Positions 58,013-64,000 of a stretch of 64,000 nucleotides of DNA are shown in pieces. Numbering within the stretch: position 1 is the stretch's first letter; every line of letters begins with the position of its first letter. The notes under the pieces are model-generated. The model was not told the DNA's origin. It was given only the letters and a program-made list of their open reading frames with translations, and ran no database searches. Origin of the DNA: Chloroflexota bacterium (GTDB taxonomy: Bacteria; Chloroflexota; UBA11872); assembly GCA_965263075.1 (NCBI GenBank), contig CBDHGI010000006.1, positions 2,790,101 to 2,854,100 on the forward strand. The letters are read 5' to 3'. Position numbers and translations under genes: made by a program.

Positions 58013-60490
58013 GTGACCGACGACTACGTGGCCGATCAGGACATCCAGCCCATCGACATCGTCGAGGAGATGGAGACCTCGTATATCGACTATGCGATGA
58101 GCACTATCGTCGCGCGGGCTATTCCGGATGTGCGCGACGGGCTGAAGCCGGTGCATCGCCGGTTGCTGTATTCGATGGACGAAATCTCGGCCACGCCCAC
58201 TGCGGCGTACCGCAAGTCGGCGCGGGTGGTGGGCGACACGATGGGGAAGTACCACCCGCACGGCGACCAGGCGCTGTACGACGCGCTGGTGCGGATGGCG
58301 CAGCCGTTTTCGATTCGGTATCCGCTGGTGGACGGGCAGGGCAATTTCGGGTCGGTGGACGGTGATCCGGCGGCGGCCATGCGGTACACGGAAACGCGGC
58401 TCACGCGGCTGGCGGCCGCGATGCTGGACGACCTGGACCGCGACACGGTCGACTTTGTCGACAACTTCGACGGCACCGCCGAGATGCCGGAGGTGTTGCC
58501 GTCGGTGGTGCCGAATCTGCTGATCAATGGGTCCACCGGCATAGCGGTAGGCATGGCGACCAGCATCCCGCCGCACAACCTGCGCGAGGTGGGACGGGCC
58601 ATCGAGCACTACATCGAGAACCCCGAGGCCACGTCGCGCGACCTGATGCGCTTTGTGCGCGGGCCTGATTTCCCGACGGGCGGAATCATCGTGGGCGCGG
58701 AGGGCATCGAGCAGGCCTACACGCAGGGTCGCGGGCGGGTCAGCGTGCGCGCCGTCGTGAACGTGGAAGAAGTACGCGGCACCACGATGGCGCTGGTGGT
58801 GTCGGAGATTCCCTACCTGGTGAACAAGGCCAGGCTGGTCGAAAAGATTGCCTCGCTGGTGCGAGACAAGGTCGTTGCGGGCGTGCGCGACATCCGCGAC
58901 GAGTCGGACCGGCATGGCATGCGCGTGGTGGTGGAACTGCGTGGGGACGCGCGGCCGGCGGCGGTGCTGAATCAGCTCTACAAGCACACGGCGCTGCAGT
59001 CGACCTTCAGCATCAACAACCTGGCGCTGGTGGACGGGCAGCCGGAACAGCTGCCGTTGCGCCGATTCGTCGAACTCTTCGTGCAGCACCGGCAGACCGT
59101 GGTGCGTCGCCGGACTGAGTTTGATCTGAAAAAGGCCCAGGCGCGCGAGCACTTGCTGGAAGGCTATGTCATCGCGCTGGACGACATAGACAAGGTGATC
59201 GCGATCATTCGCGCGGCGGACGACACGGAAATGGCCCGTAACGGTTTGATGCAGGAGTTTGGGCTGTCCGAGATCCAGGCCAACGCGATCCTGGACATGC
59301 AGCTGCGGCGGCTGGTGCGGCTGGAGCGCGAGCAGATTCTGGCAGAGCTGGATCAAGTGCGCGCGACGATCCGGGACCTGCAGGAGACCCTGGCCGACGA
59401 GACCCGCATCCTGGGGATCATTCGAGACGAGACGCGCGAGATAGTCAAGCGCTTCGGTAACGAGCGCCTAACGGAGATTCAGCGCGAGGCCTCCGGCGAC
59501 TTCAACGAGGAAGACCTGGTGGCCGACCAGGACTGCCTGATCACCATGTCGTCGCGCGGCTACGTGAAGCGGGTACCGGCCAACACGTACCGAAGGCAGG
59601 GTCGGGGCGGCAAGGGGATCCGCGGCTTCCGCAGCAAGACCGGCGGGGTGGTGGAGCATTTCCTGGTGGCCAACACGCACGACCACCTGCTGTTCTTCAC
59701 GAATAGGGGCAAGGTCTACCGGCTGCGGGCCTACGAACTGCCGGAGCAAGGGCGCGACGCCCAGGGCCACAGCCTGATCAATCTGCTGGCTATCGAGCAA
59801 GGCGAGCGCGCGACGGCGGTGCTGGCGATTCCCAACTTCGAGGCCGGCGACTACCTGGTGTTTGGGACGCGGCAGGGCGAGGTCAAACGGAGCGCGCTGA
59901 CGCAGTTCGTGTCGATCCGAACCAACGGGCTGCTGGCAATGGACCTGGACGAGGACGACGAACTGGTGTGGGTGCGGCTGGGGACGGACGAAACCCACGC
60001 GATGTTTTTCACGCGCAACGGGATGTCCATTCGCTTCGCGCTGGACGAGATTCGCGCGAGCGGTCGCACCAGCGGGGGCGTGCGGGCCATCCGGCTCGCG
60101 GACGACGATGAGGTCGCGGCCATGGACCTGACGCAGGACGACGGGTTTGTGCTGCTGGTGACGTCCAATGGCTACGGCAAGAAAGTGGCCGTGTCCGAGT
60201 TCCGGCCGCAGGGGCGTCCAGGACAGGGATCGAAGGCGATCAACCTCAGCGAGAAGACGGGTGAGGTGGCCGACGCCCGGACGCTGCTGATGGAGAACGA
60301 GGAGATCGCGCTGGTGTCCTCGGACGGTCAGGTGATGCGCTGCGGGCTGTCGAGTGTCCGTCCGATCAAGCGGGCGGCGGCCGGGGTGATCATCATGCGC
60401 ATGGACGAGGGCGTGGATCTGCTGCGGGTGGCGCGACTGGCTGATGGGCGCGACGGGGAGAACGGAGAGCGGGCGCGGCGATCTGGCTGA
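58013..60490 (+). CDS. gyrA: DNA gyrase subunit A
   Basis: GTG start ([30 protein letters not shown]...). Active-site Tyr region (AAMRYTE), GyrA-box in the beta-pinwheel C-terminal domain (QGRGGKG). Confidence 0.95.
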   Translation: MTDDYVADQDIQPIDIVEEMETSYIDYAMSTIVARAIPDVRDGLKPVHRRLLYSMDEISATPTAAYRKSARVVGDTMGKYHPHGDQALYDALVRMAQPFSIRYPLVDGQGNFGSVDGDPAAAMRYTETRLTRLAAAMLDDLDRDTVDFVDNFDGTAEMPEVLPSVVPNLLINGSTGIAVGMATSIPPHNLREVGRAIEHYIENPEATSRDLMRFVRGPDFPTGGIIVGAEGIEQAYTQGRGRVSVRAVVNVEEVRGTTMALVVSEIPYLVNKARLVEKIASLVRDKVVAGVRDIRDESDRHGMRVVVELRGDARPAAVLNQLYKHTALQSTFSINNLALVDGQPEQLPLRRFVELFVQHRQTVVRRRTEFDLKKAQAREHLLEGYVIALDDIDKVIAIIRAADDTEMARNGLMQEFGLSEIQANAILDMQLRRLVRLEREQILAELDQVRATIRDLQETLADETRILGIIRDETREIVKRFGNERLTEIQREASGDFNEEDLVADQDCLITMSSRGYVKRVPANTYRRQGRGGKGIRGFRSKTGGVVEHFLVANTHDHLLFFTNRGKVYRLRAYELPEQGRDAQGHSLINLLAIEQGERATAVLAIPNFEAGDYLVFGTRQGEVKRSALTQFVSIRTNGLLAMDLDEDDELVWVRLGTDETHAMFFTRNGMSIRFALDEIRASGRTSGGVRAIRLADDDEVAAMDLTQDDGFVLLVTSNGYGKKVAVSEFRPQGRPGQGSKAINLSEKTGEVADARTLLMENEEIALVSSDGQVMRCGLSSVRPIKRAAAGVIIMRMDEGVDLLRVARLADGRDGENGERARRSG

Positions 60491-60785
60491 CCTGTATGGA
60501 CTGGCTGCGACGCTGGTGGACTGTTAGCGGCGCTTTGATACTCGTTCGCGGGGGGCCAGATTCTCCAGCCCATGGTTGTCCAACCCGACGAATCTCCAAT
60601 TCGCAGGGAACGAACAGCGCTCGCGCGACGTATCTATTCCTGAGGGCCTTCTGGAAGCGGTTGACGTTGCTGCACCAAGGACTCATGGCGACGCCGGTAG
60701 TCTTGAAGGTGAGCCACGCCGATGTAGCGTTGATGCGTCACTTCCCGGCTGCCTCCGACAGTTTGACCAGGCGAAGGAGCATGTG

Positions 60786-62486
60786 ATGCCGAGGCTATTG
60801 CGACTGTTGTTGGCGGTTGTGCTGGTGGGCGCGCTGGGCCTGGCGGCGTGCGGTGAGTTTCCGTTTGGCGGGGGGGCCGAGGAGCGGTCTGACGAGACGA
60901 TGGCGAGGCCCGAAGCGGCGGCAGCCATGTCGAGGGATACGGCCACCGCGGTTGGCATGGCGGCCGAGCGGGCGGCGGTGCGAGTTGTGGACGTCCAAGC
61001 CGCGCCGGCGCCGCAGATCGTGGTGCAGGAGGTCGAGGCGGCTGCGATGAAGCAGGTGTCAACGGAGGCTCAAGCCATGGCGCCGGCACGGCGAGTGATT
61101 CGCGACGCCACGATCGGGATCGTCGTGGGCGACGTGAATGATGCCGTGCGGGAGCTGCAGGCGCTGGTGGACGGGATTCCGGAGGCGTTCCTGGCGTCGG
61201 CGGACGTGCGGGACGACGATCCGCGGTCGATCAGCACCGTGACGCTGCGCGTGCCGGTTGATCGGTTTGACGAGGTTCGGGCGCGGGTGCGCGAGCAGGG
61301 TAGCGAGGTCGTGTTCGAGGACGTGGGCGGTCGCGACGTGACGGCTGAGTTCACCGACGTGGACGCGAGGCTGCGGACGGCGGAGGCGGCCGAGCGGCAG
61401 TTGCTGGAGATCCTGGCGACGGCGCGCACGGTGCAGGACACGCTGGACGTGCAGCGCGAATTGCTGGAGGTCCGCTCACGCATTGAGGTGTTGCAAGGGC
61501 AGCTGAACCTGCTGACGAGTCAGACCGACCTGGCGACGATCACGGTGCGGCTGCATCCGGCGCCGGACTTGCGGATCGAGCGGTTTCAGCCGGAGGGGTA
61601 CTTCATGCACGGCAGTACGGAACTGCCGATCACGATCGCCAACCACGGCACGGTGGACCTGCGGGACGTGGTGGTGCGGGACGCGCTGGCACCGGGGATG
61701 GTGTTTGAGTGGGCGTCGTCGCAGGGTGTGTACGAGGCGGCCACCAACAGCGTGGTCTGGTCGATCGACCGGCTGGACGCCAATTCGTCGCGAGACGTGT
61801 GGTCGCGGGTGCGGCTGGAAGGCGACGGCACACCGATGCAGGTAACGGCGACCATCACAGCCGACGGCGTGGTGCGCGAACCGTCGGAGGACCGGGCCGA
61901 GGCGACGCTGCCGTTCTTTGTAGACCTGAGCGTATTCAAGGAGGGCGAGGCGTCGGTTGCGGTGGGGCGGGACGCCACTTACTTCATCCACTTTCAGAAT
62001 CACGGCAATGGCGACGCGCGGGAGGTGCGTCTGAGCGAGCGTTTGCCGGAGGGCATGACGTTCGTGCGCGCGGAGGGCGGCGGGCGGTACGACGCGGACA
62101 CGCGGACGGTGGTGTGGGAGTTTCCGCGGCTGTCGCCCGATTCCGGGCAGGGCGTGTTCTACGAGGCGCGGGTCGATCGGAGCGAAGGTCGGTTCCAAAC
62201 CGAGACGAAGATCGAGTTCGCCGGCGAGGACCGCGCCGATGTAGACAACCGGGTGGTGACGTTCCTGACCGCGCTGCCGGAAGACGTGGCGAACCGCGAC
62301 GTGTTCGGGCCTGGATCAACGGCACGCGACGCGGTGGGTCTGCTGCTGGACATCGTGCGCTGGCTGGCGAGCGCGGCGATTGTGCTGGTGATTGTGGCCG
62401 GGCCGTTTGTGGCGGTTGGATTCCTGCTCCGGTTGGGCGTTCGGGCGATTAAGCGTCGGCGGGCGCGGCCGGAGGCGGATGCGTAG
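60786..62486 (+). CDS. DUF4349-like lipoprotein with C-terminal DUF11-like repeat domain and C-terminal transmembrane anchor
   Basis: Lipobox LGLAAC. DUF4349-like core (IRDATIGIVV...ITVRLHP). Conserved-repeat-domain (DUF11-like) segments. Terminal hydrophobic helix plus a basic tail. SD AAGGAG lies 6 nt upstream of the ATG. Confidence 0.7.
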   Translation: MPRLLRLLLAVVLVGALGLAACGEFPFGGGAEERSDETMARPEAAAAMSRDTATAVGMAAERAAVRVVDVQAAPAPQIVVQEVEAAAMKQVSTEAQAMAPARRVIRDATIGIVVGDVNDAVRELQALVDGIPEAFLASADVRDDDPRSISTVTLRVPVDRFDEVRARVREQGSEVVFEDVGGRDVTAEFTDVDARLRTAEAAERQLLEILATARTVQDTLDVQRELLEVRSRIEVLQGQLNLLTSQTDLATITVRLHPAPDLRIERFQPEGYFMHGSTELPITIANHGTVDLRDVVVRDALAPGMVFEWASSQGVYEAATNSVVWSIDRLDANSSRDVWSRVRLEGDGTPMQVTATITADGVVREPSEDRAEATLPFFVDLSVFKEGEASVAVGRDATYFIHFQNHGNGDAREVRLSERLPEGMTFVRAEGGGRYDADTRTVVWEFPRLSPDSGQGVFYEARVDRSEGRFQTETKIEFAGEDRADVDNRVVTFLTALPEDVANRDVFGPGSTARDAVGLLLDIVRWLASAAIVLVIVAGPFVAVGFLLRLGVRAIKRRRARPEADA

Positions 62487-62779
62487 GGTAGGGTTCGCGT
62501 TGCGCTCTGACTGGCCGTGCGTCTCAGTAGAGGAAGAAAAAAGCCGAGGCGGAAGGGAACGATTCTCGTCTTGTTGGCGTAGTTGTTAGTGAGGCTGCAC
62601 CGACCGCGCATTGATGGGGACGTACTAACCGGAATTGGGTAAGTTCGTACTGGCCGGGATGTGCCGCACAAGTTTTTTGCGTCGGTGCCGTTTGGCTTGG
62701 AAGTCAAAGGCTTCGGCGTGTGATGAAGTGAGTACTCCTCGGGCGACGCCGGGGGATTGATCTGGCGAGGGGGCGAGTG

Positions 62780-64000
62780 ATGCGAGGACCACGACGATCA
62801 CTGATGTTGGCGATTCCCTTGGCAGCGCTGTTGGTTGCGTCCTGCGGGGAGAGCTCGTCGGCTGAAGCGGCTCCGGCGGCGGCTGCGGTCGAGAGAATTG
62901 TGATTAAGGAGGTGCCGGTCGAGAAGGTCGTCATGAAGGAGGTTCCGGTCGAAAGGGTGGTAGTGAAGGAAGTCCCGGTCGAGAGGCTTGTCACGCAGGA
63001 GGTCGAGAAGGTCGTCGAAAAGGTCGTGACCGCCAGCGCAGCATTGCAGGAGCCTGCTCCGGGGTCTACGGCGCGGAACCAGGCGACCACGGGCTCGCTG
63101 TTGGCTTCTGAGACGCAGGTGCCCGATTCCGGGCGGAAGGTTATTCGAAACGCTGCTATTGGAATCGTTGTGACCGATGTGCCGACCAGCGTGAAGGCGA
63201 TTCGCGGCATCGTGGCGTCGGTCCCGGGTGCGTTCGTGTCTCAGACCGGGATTGCAGGCAATCAGCCGTACCGGATCAGTTCGATCACTTTGCGGGTTCC
63301 CGCCGAGCGCTTTGACGAGACGATCGAGCGCATTCGCGCCCACGGTCGTGAGGTGGTGGCCGAGGACGTGACCGGACGGGACGTCACGGCTGCGTTCACG
63401 GACATCGAGTCGCGGATGCGCAACGCGCAGGCCACCGAGCGTCAGCTGCTGGAGATCATGGCTACCGCGAGAAACGTGCAGGACACGCTTGAGGTTCAGC
63501 GTGAAGTTGCCAAGGTGCGCGAGGAAATCGAGACGTTCCAAGGGCAGCTCAACTTGCTGGCTGACCAGGCGGCGCTGTCCACGATCACGGTCAACCTGCA
63601 TCCGGTGCCCGACCTTCGAGTCGAGCGCCGTGCGCCGGACCAGTACGCCATGCACGAGTCGGTCGAATTCCCGATCACCGTGATCAACGATGGGACGGTG
63701 GAACTGCGCGAAGTCGTGGTGCGCGATCAGCTCGATCCTGACGTGGTGTTCCAATACGCGACGAAGCCCGGGCAATACGAAGAGGCCACGCACAGCGTGG
63801 TCTGGACGATCGAACGGATGTCGCCCGGTCAGGCCCTTGAACTACGGACGGGCGCGCGTCTTGAAGGCGATGGCCGAACAATTCAGTTGAGCGCGAAAGC
63901 AAGCACGAAGAGCGAAGTTCGCGACGCCGATCAGGACCATGACGAGGTCGCTCTGCCGTTCTTTGTCGACCTCAGCATCAACAAGGAACGCGATCTTGAG
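62780..64000 (+). CDS. DUF4349-like lipoprotein paralog (3' end beyond the window) with N-terminal KEVPVE(K/R)VV tandem repeats
   Basis: ATG 62780; open to the window end. Lipobox LLVASC. Clear paralog of 60786..62486 (IRNAAIGIVV...ITVNLHP...LPFFVDLS). Confidence 0.7.
   Translation, partial: MRGPRRSLMLAIPLAALLVASCGESSSAEAAPAAAAVERIVIKEVPVEKVVMKEVPVERVVVKEVPVERLVTQEVEKVVEKVVTASAALQEPAPGSTARNQATTGSLLASETQVPDSGRKVIRNAAIGIVVTDVPTSVKAIRGIVASVPGAFVSQTGIAGNQPYRISSITLRVPAERFDETIERIRAHGREVVAEDVTGRDVTAAFTDIESRMRNAQATERQLLEIMATARNVQDTLEVQREVAKVREEIETFQGQLNLLADQAALSTITVNLHPVPDLRVERRAPDQYAMHESVEFPITVINDGTVELREVVVRDQLDPDVVFQYATKPGQYEEATHSVVWTIERMSPGQALELRTGARLEGDGRTIQLSAKASTKSEVRDADQDHDEVALPFFVDLSINKERDLE
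62906..63030 (+). repeat. Coding 30-nt tandem repeat (about 4 units) encoding KEVPVEKVVM / KEVPVERVVV / KEVPVERLVT / QEVEKVVEKVV
   Basis: Seen directly in nucleotides and in the translation. Lies in the linker between the lipobox and the DUF4349 core. Confidence 0.7.

Noticed and set aside
57645-58016. 123-aa ORF overlapping the moaC 3' end and gyrA 5' region
   Set aside because: It is out of frame with both well-supported genes and has no homology.

Overview
This is a high-GC (roughly 65-70 %) bacterial chromosomal window. The short GC-rich repeat family and the gene content suggest a Chloroflexota/Thermomicrobia-like organism, but that is a guess. Most of the window is densely packed core metabolism and housekeeping genes. 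Those I can read confidently are: xerD-like recombinase, purine nucleoside phosphorylase, a fused mannose-1-phosphate guanylyltransferase/phosphomannomutase with a polyprenol-phosphate-mannose-synthase-like GT2 and a GT-C-like membrane protein, plsX, gyrB, hisC, the H+-pyrophosphatase, uppP, an argC-argJ-argB-argD-argH cluster, lysC, nrdR, accD-accA, comF, clpC, moaC and gyrA. Three regions are not ordinary. (1) An IS5-family insertion sequence of about 1.19 kb sits exactly between the argC stop and the argJ start, with 10-bp terminal inverted repeats and a CTAG(AT) target duplication. (2) A roughly 12-kb accessory island (about 45.1-57.1 kb) lies between clpC and moaC. It begins with a 1.77-kb gene-free, repeat-rich region containing seven iteron-like 21-bp tandem repeats, a perfect 25-bp-stem hairpin followed by a T-tract, and palindromes. 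It then carries a type I restriction-modification operon (hsdM-hsdS-hsdR) with a hicAB toxin-antitoxin pair embedded between hsdM and hsdS. Next comes a COG2865-type AlbA_2/HATPase protein whose C-terminus is interrupted at a (TGGGAGG)x3 heptamer slippage site, and then a vapC/phd toxin-antitoxin pair with a palindromic candidate operator. Copies of a modular REP-like repeat family flank these units. (3) A secreted glycoside hydrolase (clan GH-A) is fused to a c-type cytochrome domain (CXXCH) and a carboxypeptidase-regulatory-like domain, in a sugar-modification cluster that also has a frameshifted SAM-methyltransferase. Smaller points: nrdR carries an internal duplication of its zinc ribbon, and two tandem DUF4349-like lipoprotein paralogs follow gyrA, the second with 30-nt coding tandem repeats. 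No rRNA, tRNA or CRISPR array was found.
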